A stretch of DNA of 64,000 bases from Octopus sinensis (lineage: Eukaryota): contig NC_043010.1 in assembly GCF_006345805.1 (NCBI RefSeq), positions 59,024,001-59,088,000 on the forward strand, written 5' to 3'. Positions 1-11,889 of the stretch are shown piece by piece. The translations under genes were made by a program, and so were the position numbers. The notes under the pieces are model-generated. The model worked only from the letters and a program-made list of their open reading frames with translations. It ran no database searches and was not told the DNA's origin. Every line of letters starts with the position of its first letter. The first letter of the stretch is position 1.

Positions 1-2
1 GT

Positions 3-191
3 GGTGGTGGTAGTGGAGACAAACCATTCAAGTGTGATGTCTGCAGGAAATCCTTCTCCAGAAAAGCTAACCTCAACAACCATGAGCATGCCGCTGCTGT
101 TGCAGCTTCCACTGCAAATTCCAGCAGCGTGTCTGCAGTTGGGGAGAAACACTTCAGCTGTTCCTTCTGCTCCAAGACTTTTTCCCAAAAG
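3..191 (+). CDS. C2H2 zinc-finger gene A, first exon seen in window (5' end outside window)
   Basis: Frame 3 reads GGGSGDKPFKCDVCRKSFSRKANLNNHEH...GEKHFSCSFCSKTFSQK, then a GT donor at 192 (AAG|gtaaac), phase 0. Joins in frame to VFVRNHELTHTG at 2810, completing a finger. Confidence 0.85.
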
Positions 192-296
192 GTAAACTAT
201 TTGACATGACCTCTGACCCTGCTGGGTCGTTTTATTGAAAACTATTTCTTTATTGATTTTGTTGATCTTTTGTTTTGGTATAGGTGTAAACTTTGA

Positions 297-1580
297 GTGT
301 GGGTTAATGAAATATATAATGTTGCCCCAGTTGTGGGTTAATGAAATATGTAATGTTACCCCAGTTGTAGGTTAATGAAATATGTAATGTTACCCTAGTT
401 GTGGGTTAATGAAATATGTAATGTTACCCTAGTTGTAGGTTAATGAAATATGTAATGTTACCCTAGTTGTGGGTTAATGAAATATGTAATGTTACCCTAG
501 TTGTGGGTTATGAAATATGTAATGTTACCCCAGTTGTGGGTTAATGAATATATAATGTTACCCCAGTTGTGGGTTAATGAAATATGTAATGTTACCCTAG
601 TTGTGGGTTAATGAAATATGTAATGTTACCCCAGTTGTGGGTAATGAAATATGTAATGTTACCCCAGTTGTGGGTTAATGAAATATGTAATGTTACCTAG
701 TTGTGGGTTAATGAAATATGTAATGTTACCCCAGTTGTGGTTAATGAAATATGTAATGTTACCCTAGTTGTGGGTTAATGAAATATGTAATGTTACCCTA
801 GTTGTGGGTTAATGAAATATGTATGTTACCCCAGTTGTGGGTTATGAAATATGTAATGTTACCCCAGTTGTGGGTTAATGAAATATGTAATGTTACCCCA
901 GTTGTGGGTTAATGAAATATGTAATGTTACCCTAGTTGTGGGTTAATGAAATATGTAATGTTACCCTAGTTGTGGGTTAATGAAATATGTAATGTTATCC
1001 CAGTTGTGGGCAATGAAATATGTAATGTTACCCCAGTTGTGGGTTAATGAAATATGTAATGTTACCCTAGTTGTGGGTTAATGAAATATGTAATGTTACC
1101 CCAGTTGTAGGTTAATGAAATATGTAATGTTACCCTAGTTGTGGGTTAATGAAATATGTAATGTTACCCCAGTTGTGGGTTAATGAAATATGTAATGTTA
1201 CCCTAGTTGTGGGTTAATGAAATATGTAATGTTACCCCAGTTGTGGGTTAATGAAATATGTAATGTTACCCTAGTTGTGGGTTAATGAAATATGTAATGT
1301 TACCCTAGTTGTGGGTTAATGAAATATGTAATGTTACCCCAGTTGTGGGTTAATGAAATATGTAATGTTACCCCAGTTGTGGGTTAATGAAATATGTAAT
1401 GTTACCCCAGTTGTGGGTTAATGAAATATGTAATGTTACCCTAGTTGTGGGTTAATGAAATATGTAATGTTACCCCAGTTGTGGGTTAATGAAATATGTA
1501 ATGTTACCCCAGTTGTGGGTTAATGAAATATGTAATGTTACCCCAGTTGTGGGTTAATGTATTGTTAATGTTTACCCCAA
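297..1580. repeat. 34-bp minisatellite (GTTGTGGGTTAATGAAATATGTAATGTTACCC[C/T]A), about 37 copies, intronic
   Basis: Head-to-tail near-identical units with no spacers. Confidence 0.97.
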
Positions 1581-1859
1581 CTGACAGAATCTCTACAGTA
1601 TGGAACAACAATGCTTTGTGGCATTCAATTAAGGTCCTTTATGTTCTCACTTGAAATCCTGTTGAGATCAACTTTGTCTTTTGTCTTTCCAGAATTGATA
1701 CCAGTCATGTATTAGGGTCAGCATAACCAGCCATACCCCCCACCTCTTAAATTTATGGCCTTGTGTCAGACAAATCAATATTTTGTCATCACTTACGAGA
1801 ATTGCAAGTGATGAATAAAATATGCCTTGTCTCTATAATTGTTTATCTTGTTTCTCTCA

Positions 1860-2370
1860 TTAGGCTGTGGCCATACTGGGGCACAGCCTTGAAGAACTTT
1901 TAGTCAAACGAATTGATCCCAGTACTTGTTTTTTGTTTTTTCAAAACTTGGTACTTAGGGACAATGAACACACCGATGCTGGTTGTCAAGCGATCATAGA
2001 GGACAGGCACAAAGACAAACACATCTATCTCTATGTGCCAGTGGCACGTAAAAAGCACCCACTACACACTTGGTGTGGTTGGCATTAGGAAGGGCATCCA
2101 GCTGTAGAAACAATGCCAGATCTGACTGGAGCTCGGTGCAGCCACTGGCTGTCCAGACCCAGGTTGGCCCGTTCAACCCATGCCAGCATTGGAAACGGAT
2201 GTTGAATGATGATTACACACGACAGGCTTTCCTCAGTTTCCATTTACTAAATCCATTCACAAAGCTTTGGTTGGTCCAGGGCTATAGTAGAAGACACTTG
2301 CCCAAGGTGGAACTGAACCCAGGACCATGTGTTTGGGAAGCAAACTTCTTACCACACAGCCATACTTGTA
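1860..2370 (-). mobile_element. tRNA-derived SINE copy with a LINE 3'-end fragment (about 2030-2215, +) inserted
   Basis: Matches the SINE at 18289-18640 in reverse; the inner segment matches the 3' tail of the 57090-59817 LINE. Confidence 0.7.
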
Positions 2371-2809
2371 ACTATATTGATATTCTGAGTTTAAATCTCA
2401 TCAAGTTCATTTGTCTGAAGTTGATAAAATTAGGGTTGGGTTTAGGGTTGTAGATTCCCACATTGTTTAAGCCTTTATCATTTAAACCAGCCACATCCAA
2501 GGTCCAAATATTATCCCTGTTTTATGCTCCAGCTGGCCAGCTCTGGCCTCACACCTCAACCTTCCAGTGTCATTCTAAAAGTTATTTAATCTCATCATCC
2601 AAATTTCAAAGATAATGCAGGATTAATTCTATGCAATGGGAATAAATAAACATTATATTTAACTGGGTAATCTGAATGTTTAAAAGGTTAATACTAAAAT
2701 TCCGAAGCAGAATGTTGGCTAGCATCCCCCTCCCCTCCCCCAACAAACCCTCCCCCTCATAAAGACAGTAAAATGTGTCTTGTAATTTATGATTGGTTTC
2801 TTCTTGTAG

Positions 2810-3095
2810 GTGTTTGTCCGCAATCATGAACTGACCCACACTGGTGTGAGGCCTCACCAGTGCCCTGTATGTCCAAAAGCATTTGCTCAAAAGGTCCACC
2901 TGAAAGTCCACTCTCGAATTCATTCGGGAGAAAAGCCTTATCATTGCACTTACTGTTCGAAAGCGTTTTCACAGCGAGACCACCTCACCAACCACGAACG
3001 GGTCCACACGGGCGAGAGACCATTCCGATGTTCCTTCTGTTGCAAAGCCTTCTCTCAGCGATCCCACCTGCGTAATCACCTCAGGACACATACAG
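2810..3095 (+). CDS. C2H2 zinc-finger gene A, internal exon (half finger plus 3 fingers)
   Basis: Acceptor ttcttgtag|G at 2809/2810; CxxC-x12-HxxxH repeats with TGERP/SGEKP linkers; donor ACAG|gtaag at 3095 (phase 1). Confidence 0.92.
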
Positions 3096-3339
3096 GTAAG
3101 ACTGTTTACTGTAGTTAAGTAGTGGGGACACAGTGAAGCTGCTAACATAGCTGTGTAGTTACTGAGGTTTATTCTGTCACCATATGGTTATGGGTTCAAT
3201 CCTGAGGCACTGCACATTGAGGCAAGTCTCTTCTACCCATAGCCTCATATTTGGCCGATGATAACAATTGTGCAGCAACCTGGTGTGTCATCATCATCAT
3301 TGTTTAACATCCATTTTCCATACTAGCGTGGGTTGTGTG

Positions 3340-3650
3340 TCATCATCATCATCGTTTAGCGTCCGCTTTCCATGCTGGCATGGGTTGGACGGTTCAACTG
3401 GGGTCTGGGAAGCCAGAAGGCTGCATCAGGCCCAGTCTGATCTGGCAGTGTTTCTACAGCTGGATGCCCTTCCTAACGCCAATCACTCCATGAGTATAGT
3501 GGGTGCTTTTTACGTGCCACCTGCACAGGTGCCAGGCGAGGCTGGCAAACGGCCACGATCGGATGGTGCTTTTTACGTGCCACCGGCACAGAAGCCAGTC
3601 AGGTCGGGACTGGCAACGGCCACATTTGGATGGTTCTCTTATGTGCCACG
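3340..3650 (-). mobile_element. 3'-end fragment of RTE-like LINE with (GAT)n tail
   Basis: Closely similar to 57090-57435. Confidence 0.8.
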
Positions 3651-4289
3651 TTTATAAATATATACATAAATAAATAAAACGTCCCCTTTGCCATGCTTTC
3701 ATTGATGTGGATTTTCTATAGCTGGATGCCTTTCCTGTCACCAATCTTCACCTGTTTCCAAGCAAAGGAATCCCACATCTATGGTGATGCTTCTTTATAA
3801 GTATTGTGTGGTATAAAGGAATCCCCCACCACACACACACACACACAGTCTGTCTAGCAAGCCTGCTCATAAAGCTTTGGAGAGTTGACCCTTGGCTAAG
3901 CCAGGGGTCAACTCCACATCTATGATCAATATTTGATGTGGAAGTGTTAATGAGGAGACTGCCCACACAATGTGTCATGTCTTTTGCTGTGTAGTTTCAG
4001 GTCAACCTTGATGCAACAAACTTACAAAATAAGATATTCCAGCCATGACCATCCTCCTTTTTCTTTTCTTTTTTTTTTTGTAACTAAGATCACAGTTAAA
4101 CTGTCCTTCCATTTTTAAAGACAGTAGGGTGTGATTTGGTTGTTATTTCTAGCAGTTTGAGAGCCTCTTTATAAGGATCTGTATGTCCAGATTCTGTACT
4201 GGACTAATTAATGAGTATGTCAAAGTAGGTTGTTAGTTGCTCTGATTTTTACTAATATTATTACTATTGCTGCTGCTGTTGGTGATGGG

Positions 4290-4460
4290 GGTGGTTCTTT
4301 TCTTCTCTTTCTCCTCCTTTTTCTCCTCTTCTCTTTCTTCTCTTCTCTTTCTCCGCCTCCTTCTCTTTCTTCTCCTCCTCTGCCTCCTTCTCTTCTCATA
4401 CTCCTCCTCCTTCTCATCATCAGCTTTTTCCACCTTCTTCTTCTCTTCTTCTTCTTCAGA
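4290..4460. repeat. CT/CTT-rich low-complexity tract
   Basis: Polypyrimidine microsatellite mix; produces spurious ORFs. Confidence 0.85.
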
Positions 4461-4747
4461 TAGTTTCTGTTCTGGTTCTTTACAGTCTGAGTTGAAATAT
4501 CACTGAGGTCATTTTCACCTTTCACCCTTTCCAGATTTTGTTCAGGCACCTGTGGCTTTTGTGGGGTTTTCCACGAGGACCTTAAACTGCCTCCCCGATT
4601 GTTCAATTTTTATTGTTGTTACATTGTGTAAGCACGAAAACCCGTTGCATTATCCTGTTTTTGTCTTTTATGTTGTTATATGTCATTTAATGTTTTGTAT
4701 GTGAGCCCTTGTGGCTAATAAAGGCATAAATTATTATTATTATTATT

Positions 4748-5065
4748 AAGGTGGCAAGCTGGCAGAATTGTTACATTCTGAGTTCAAACTCCACTGAGGT
4801 CAACCTTGTTTTTTATCCTCTCGGGGGTTGATAAATAAGTACCAGCTCCCTCCCACCAAAATTTTAGGCCTTGTGCCTGCAGCAGAAAGGATTATTGTTA
4901 AAGTAGCAAGGATGTGGAATTGTTGTTGCTTAGCAGCATTTCGTCCATCTTTGCATTCTGAGTTCAAATTCCACAAAAGGCGGCTTTATCTTTCATCATC
5001 CTTTCGGGGTCAATAAATAAGTTACCAGTTTTGCTAATTTTTCAAGCCTTGTGTCTATAATAGAA
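4748..5065 (+). mobile_element. Degenerate tandem SINE copies (GGCGGCGAGCTGGCAGAA...GAGTTCAAATTCC family)
   Basis: B-box-like GAGTTCAAA motifs; similar to 35618-35851. Confidence 0.6.
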
Positions 5066-5125
5066 AAGATTGTTATTCATGTTGTTGTTTATGTATTTAT
5101 TGAATATTTGTTGTTTTTATTGCAG

Positions 5126-5790
5126 GAGAGCGTCCTTACAATTGCTTCTCGTGTGACAAGACATTTGCCCAAAAGGCTCATTTGACCATTCATCAACGCA
5201 CACACTCTGGAGAGAAACCTTTCAACTGTGGCGTATGTGGCAAAAGTTTCCCTCAAAGGGTCCACATGCAGAAACATGAACGCAGTCACAGCAGCGAAGA
5301 ACTGATGCGTGCCGGTGTCACACTTCACGTACCAACTGTCCGGCAGCAGCAGCAACAACCACCTCCTTTGTCCCCTTCCCCTCCTTGTTCAGGGCCAAAT
5401 TCCTCATCTCCTCTTATGACAAGCTGCAATTGCAACTGTACCTGCAACCTGCTCATGTGCACGCAATGCTCCCCAAATGCATCGCCGTCACCAATCCCCA
5501 TTGCATCTCCATGCAACATGCAAATGAATCAGAGATTGACGACAATTTCTTCCGCATCCATTGCAACAATCTGTCCCCGACAGATGTCCGGCCGGTCGGC
5601 GTGCGTCACCCCAACACCTCCGCTCTCTCAGGGCAATCTCTCTCAACAGTCAAACTATTGCACGGCTCGCAGTTACCCTGGCAACTCCACCAAGTGGAGC
5701 AACAACAACAACAATAGTAATGTCGCCATGTGTTTACCTTCCTCTTCATGTGGCAAAAACATGAAACAAAACATGCATCAAAGAAGTTGA
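5126..5790 (+). CDS. C2H2 zinc-finger gene A, last coding exon (2 fingers plus Q/P/S/C-rich tail)
   Basis: Acceptor tttttattgcag|GA restores [12 protein letters not shown] in phase 1; continues into the 5182-5790 ORF and ends at TGA. Confidence 0.88.
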
Positions 5791-8700
5791 GACTCTCCGA
5801 ATGAGCCCACCCCACCCACGCCCCTGTCCATCTCTTCCTCAGGGGAAACAGTTCAAGTCTTGTAGTTTACCTTCTGTTTATGGAGTTTGATTACTCATTC
5901 TGCATTGAATACATTAGTAACCGTTGGCCCCAGCTGCCAGTGTCACTCATCTCTCTCTCTCTCTCTCTCTCCCTCTCTGTTGTTGGGTCTTCTGTGTTGG
6001 TCATGGATCACATCTCTCTCCCTCTCTCTCTCTCCCCAACACACTCGCCTGGTCATCAGATGTCCCAAGCTATACACATTCATTATGTAAACATAAACAC
6101 ACACACACACACACACACATCAGTGCAATATAACCCAGTGTATTGGTCAAGTGTCCTCTTTCTACCCTCCATCCCCATACACCCCCTCCTATTTGGGGAA
6201 TGGGTGGTCATCATACATGGACAGAGACTTGTGGTAAGCACAGATGGGCTTGAATTCTGTGGCCTGAGGCTGTGTGGTGGCCACCACCCTTGGCTGGTGG
6301 TATGCTGCAGTAGCCAATGGGGAATGTAATGTTATGAGTGCAAACGCTCCACTTTTGACCAGGTATGGAGTTGTGTATTAAATGGTGATAGATAGTCCAG
6401 TCCTGTTACAGTAATTAGCAATTATAGTAATTAACTATTACCTTAAATGTTTCTCTGTAGCCAGATAGCTTTGTCTAAATGTTTGAATAGCATCATCTCC
6501 ACCATTGTCTTCTTAGCTTCCACACACCTCTCGATACTACTACTTCTGCGTTGATCAAGCAGGGCCAAGATCAAAGACACTCCAATCATGACTACCTTTG
6601 ATACTTTGTATACCAGTGAGTACACTGTATTTGTTAAGATGGTTGGATATATTTGAGGGACTTTAACTGTTATTTCTAGCAGATGTAGAAGCTCACATAG
6701 AGGTTCCCTTATCTACTTGATAATGGTTCTTGCATCTCGCATCAATTCTGTCCACAATCTATGAATTTCCTTTGTAAATCAGAGGCGCTGGAGTTCATGT
6801 CTCATCTCTGTCACTGTACATACGAGTGAGATTGTTACTTGGATAATACAGCAGTTTGCCCTAGGTTGACAGTTTACACCTACAGAAGGTGTCCCCTTGG
6901 GTTTACAGGAACGACTACTATCCACTCCATTGTCTCTGTTGTAGGGCTACCACCAGGATCTAGTTGTGGGTCTCCCTCTCAGCTTCAACATACTCTCTTT
7001 ACTGACAGAACACTGTCTGTACTTGACCAAGGGCAGTTACACTGACCACACTGCTTATACTCGGCCAAGGCGCTGTAACTAGCTCAGGTTACTCAGAGAT
7101 AAATTGGTACTACGTGTACTAATCACTAATTAATTACTGGTGAGTTTTCTATAAAGGACTTTCAGTTTTCAGTAATTTGAGAAGACGAAAGGGACATTAC
7201 TCGGTATACAATTATCTCCTCTTGAGTGATTTCCGAACGTTCTAATTGTATCACGACCCTCGACCTTCTACCGAAACTGATCGCTACAGCTGCTGCTGTA
7301 TGTTGCCTGAAGGGATCAGCCTACCATTAACATTGTTATTGTTTAACCACAGGTCAGCCCTGCTGGTCCAAAGACGTTTCATTGTGACCATCCTGACATT
7401 ATGCAGTCTATCCTCTTTGAAAGACAACAGGGTGGTATTTTGTTTGCTATTTTTGAAGACCAAGGGACCGTGTTCTGGCTCTGTCAATGGTAATTCCAGA
7501 TTCCTGATTTCACCGATTATATAAAGTGGTCAGTTATGAATACCTGAATTATGGGTTCACGTCACATTGACACCACTTCACTACTGGGGCTTGAATGGTA
7601 ATATTTTACTGGAGACTGGGAATGAATCGTGGATGACATCTCCCTTCTAAAACATATTAAGAAAGCATTAATTGGGAACACTGCCATGTATGTATGTGTG
7701 TGTATATGTATGATATATAGGTCAATGTTTACGACATGCTCTGATGCTTGCTCAAAGTGTTTCGCAAGGATGTGTGTGTGTGTGTAAGCATGGTATGGCC
7801 AAATGGTTGAGAAGTTTGCATCACAACCTTGATGTCTTGGGTTCAATCTTAGTGTGTGGCATCTTGGGCAAAAGTTATTTTCCGTTACCTCAACGTTGAC
7901 CGATACTGTATGAGTGAAACTGGATCAATGGAAAAAGCATCGAAGCACATCAGGTGGGGTTGTACTTTGTGATTCAAAAGACACAGCCTTGTTACAATGT
8001 CACAATGATTCTGCTCTGAGAATTCCATTAAGGAAACGGCTTTGATCTGAGGAATATTCAGCAACTTACATTTTAATCTGTTGGTCAAACAATAGAGATC
8101 CAGCAGAAAAGGTCAATATTTATGGTACTTTTTGCTATGGCCTTTCTGTATTTAGGTCCTAATAGTTTTAGGGAGTTGCTTTCTTCATTTTAAACTGACA
8201 CAAAAATTTGGACCGTCTGTTGGTTCCCACCAGAGTATTTTTCTGTATCATCACAGTGGGAAGAGACACCCAACCTGACAAAGTCTATTGTATTTTGGCC
8301 CCATCAAAGACAACATATGGAATCATTATATATTTAATTAATTAAACTAGATGATATGGACCAGTGTTTGTCTCAATGATCTAGTCGTCAGGAATGTTAG
8401 CTGTGATAAACTAGCATTCTATCCAGGAGGAGAGCCTGTGTCTGCTTCCACTTGACACTAATGAATGCAGAATAATGTAGCAACTTTCTGTGTCACTAAA
8501 ACATCCCTGTTTTTGTCATAACATTTGTTTCATTTTCAAGTTAAAGGGACATTTTTTTTGTTTGGATCAAAGTTTAGAAGATGCCTGTTCAACATGTAAC
8601 CAACAGGGTTGATTCTCTTTTAAGGAATACATTGAACTGTTTTATACCAAAACCTACAACCCTGGTCCTCTTCTGTGGAATCTAAACAAAGCCAATATCT

Positions 8701-9427
8701 TCTTTCCTTCACATTCTTCCCAACATCACTTTTTCTTGCTTTATCCAATTTCCTTCTGATGGCCCTTTCTCACCTGCATTTCCTATAGATATTCTTTGTT
8801 CCCTGATGCTCCTCCAATCATCATCAAGTGCCTTTATTCCAGCCAGCACAAAACACTGATTCCAGATTCAATTCTTCCTAAAACTAAACAATCTTTAAAA
8901 CCAACCAAAACTTTGAAAACTTGCATCAATGACAAACTTTTCTATATTTTCATAATCTGCCCCCCCCCCCTCCACCTCCTCACATCTTTTTGTTATATTT
9001 TAATTTTATTTCTAAAACTCTTCAAGACTACAAAAAGACAACTAAATATAAATTTAACAAAAACAACAATAAACAAACATTATTTCTTGAATTATTCTTT
9101 TATTTTTAACACAATTTTCTGTTGTCAAAGAAAACTTCATCAACTGATGTGAAACATGGTGGGTAATTGAGTCAGGGAGTTTTGATTAATTACGTCTCTG
9201 GCTGTATTGATGAGGGATAAATAGATCAATGATTTTAATCTAACCAGGAAGACAACTGTGGATACCAATAAAAATATCAAAACGGAAAATAGTGACAGAA
9301 TGATGAGAAAATTCCAAGAATTTGGGAGGGACTAAGATTTGTCTGGTGATAGTTCCAGGTAAGGTTTGATCTTGTCAGGCAGACAATGGAAACAGTTGTA
9401 TCTGCTGAGTGTGAAATCACAGATTAC

Positions 9428-9785
9428 TGTGGCTGTGTGGTAAGTAGCTTGCTAACCAACCACATGGTTCCGGGTTCAGTCCCACTGCGTGGCATCTTGG
9501 GCAAGTGTCTTCTACTATAGCTCCGGGCCAACCAAAACCTTGTGAGTGGATTTGGTAGATAGAAACTGTAAGAAGCCTGTCGTATATATATATGTGTTTG
9601 TCCCCCTAGCATTGCTTGACAACTGATGCTGGTGTGTTTACGTCCCCGTCACTTAGCAGTTCGGCAAAAGAGACCGATAAAATAAGTACTGGGCTTACAA
9701 AGAATAAGTCCCGGGGTCAATTTGCTCGATTAAAGGCGGTGCTGCAGCATGGCCGCAGTCAAATGACTGAAACAAGTAAAAGAGT
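9428..9785 (+). mobile_element. tRNA-derived SINE (GTGGCTGTGTGGTAAG...GGGTTCAGTCCC family)
   Basis: A/B-box-like head, central (TA)n/(TG)n and conserved 3' part, repeated at 10524, 18289 and 50765. Confidence 0.85.
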
Positions 9786-10523
9786 AATGTAAAACAATAA
9801 GAGTATATTAGTGTATGTGTACAGTAATATCCATCAGTAGATTAATTGCTGATGGAGACTCCATATTTCGTTTTGCAACCATAAAAGACTTCCAAATATA
9901 GTAAGTCTTCATCGTGGCTGATGGCAGTACCACCTGGTTGGCATGTAAAAAGCACCATTTGAGCGTGGTCAATGCCAGTGCTGCCTGACTTGTTCCGTGC
10001 TGGTGGCATGTAAAAAGTACCATTCAAGTGTGATTGTTGCCAGTGCTAGCTGACTGGCTCCCGTGCTGCTGGCACATACTCTTGGAACTACCATTTCTTG
10101 AGTTATTATGAGGCCAAAAATCTGCTCTGGATGCTGGCCACGGAGTTCACTCTTCTAAAATCAGAGATGTTGGATTAAAGTTTTAGTATATTAACCAAAG
10201 ACAGGTAATCCTTCGGTTAATGTGTGGGTAACTTACAGGGTCTTTAGCATTTTGCTAGGTGTAAAATGAGTGGGGTGGGGGTCAGTTATAACAGGTACAT
10301 CTGTAATATACAAAATTGCTTTGGACTTGTTAATGGGCCCATATCTAGGTCTGCGGTGCCCAAGTTGTAATGGATACGTATAATTCTCCCAATATCACAA
10401 TTTTGAAGATTTCCATGACTGCTTGTCTCTTCTAATACCAACCACTTTACAGAGTGTGGTGTGTGTATATATATATGTTGTGTACATACACAAATATGTG
10501 TGTGTGTGTGTATATATATATAT

Positions 10524-10890
10524 AGGCACAGGAGTGGCTGTGTGGTAAGTAGCTTGCTTACCAACCACATGGTTATGGGTTCAGTCCCACTGCGTGGTAC
10601 TTTTGGCAAGTGTCTTCTACTATAGTCTTGGGTCGACCAAAGCCTTGTGAGTGGATTTGGTAGACGGAAACTGAAAGAAGCTCGTATATACATATATGTC
10701 TGTTTGTCCCCCTAACATCGTTTGACAACCAATGCTGGCATGTTTACATCCCCATAACTTAACGGTTCAACAAAAGAAACCTATAGAATAAGTACTAGGC
10801 TTACAAAGAATAAGTCCTGGGGTCGATTTGCTCAACTAAAAGCAGAGCTCCAGCATGGCCGCAGTCAAACGACTGAAGCAAATAAAAGAA
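10524..10890 (+). mobile_element. tRNA-derived SINE, same family
   Basis: High similarity to 9428-9785. Confidence 0.85.
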
Positions 10891-11387
10891 TATATATAAT
10901 CAATTGACAGCTGTAACAAAATGGCAAAAGGGGCCAAGAATCTCCTGCATGGCATGGATGGGCGTTTGGCTATGGTTTGTGTTACCAAACTTATATGTGT
11001 GTGTAATGATTATGCTCAGGTACACCCGTACACATAACCAGTTTCTTGAACTTTATGGTCTTATGCCCTAAAGTATTATTTTGAATGACCAGGAAACAGG
11101 AATAATGCAATTGTCTTCATTAAGTTAGAGTTGTGTCTGACGTACGAAACATTGCACTCAATCCTGACTGTTTGTGCAACATCTTGAAAGCCCTTTAAAT
11201 ATGCTGAGCTGAACTAAATATGCTTCTACTATAGCCTCGGGCTTTGGTCGGCCTGAGGCTATAGTAGAAGACACTTGCCCAAGGTGCCATGCAGTGGGAC
11301 TGAACCCATAACCATATGGTTGGCAAGCAAGTTACTTACCACAGTCACTCCTGCACCTATATATATATACACGTACATATTTGTGTC

Positions 11388-11710
11388 ATGACTGACCATC
11401 GGATAGCACCTAGAAAGTTACCCTCCCAGGCACAGTCCGGGCAAGATTGTTTATGGAAGACCAGCAGTCACCCATGCATATTGGCCTCCCCTTTCCACGC
11501 CACCAGTGCTATCTAAGGGAAAGGCAAAGGGGCTGATACAGCTTGGCACCTGTGACATCGCAACACATTTCTACAGCTGAGTGAACTGGAGCAACGTGAA
11601 ATAAAGTGTCTTGCTCAAGAACACAACATGCAGCCTGGTCAGGGATTCGAACTCTCAACCTTGCGATTGTAAGCTCGACGCTCTAACCACTGAGCCATGC
11701 GCCTTCACAA
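11388..11710 (-). mobile_element. tRNA-derived SINE, third family
   Basis: Minus strand begins GGCGCATGGCTCAGTGGTTAGAGCG...GAGTTCGAATCCC (A and B boxes); related sequence at 46535-46775. Confidence 0.75.
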
Positions 11711-11889
11711 TACACATGCACAGAAACATACCAGTTATTCTGTTGCTTATATTATCAATGTTACCCAATACATTTACATCTGCCTTATCAAATGAATTAG
11801 ACATGTGCAAACACTCCCCCCCACTTGGCCTGTGTTTGCGTCAATCTTTTCGCATGATAGCAGTCCCCAACTATCATCGTACTCTTCCT

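Noticed and set aside
1-195. ORF-track protein MVVVVETNH...
   Set aside because: Wrong frame; frame 3 encodes the zinc fingers.
297-1580. 34-bp array as a CRISPR array
   Set aside because: Units are contiguous with no unique spacers, in a eukaryotic intron with no cas genes.
4220-4606. Charged or hydrophobic ORFs on both strands
   Set aside because: Translations of a CT-rich microsatellite inside an intron.
5755-5804. Possible missing A in the A5 run, giving the C-terminus [16 protein letters not shown]
   Set aside because: Plausible homopolymer error but untestable without reads; the existing frame ends normally at 5790.
9428-9500. SINE heads as tRNA genes
   Set aside because: A/B boxes are present but there is no complete cloverleaf, and they continue into multi-copy SINE bodies.
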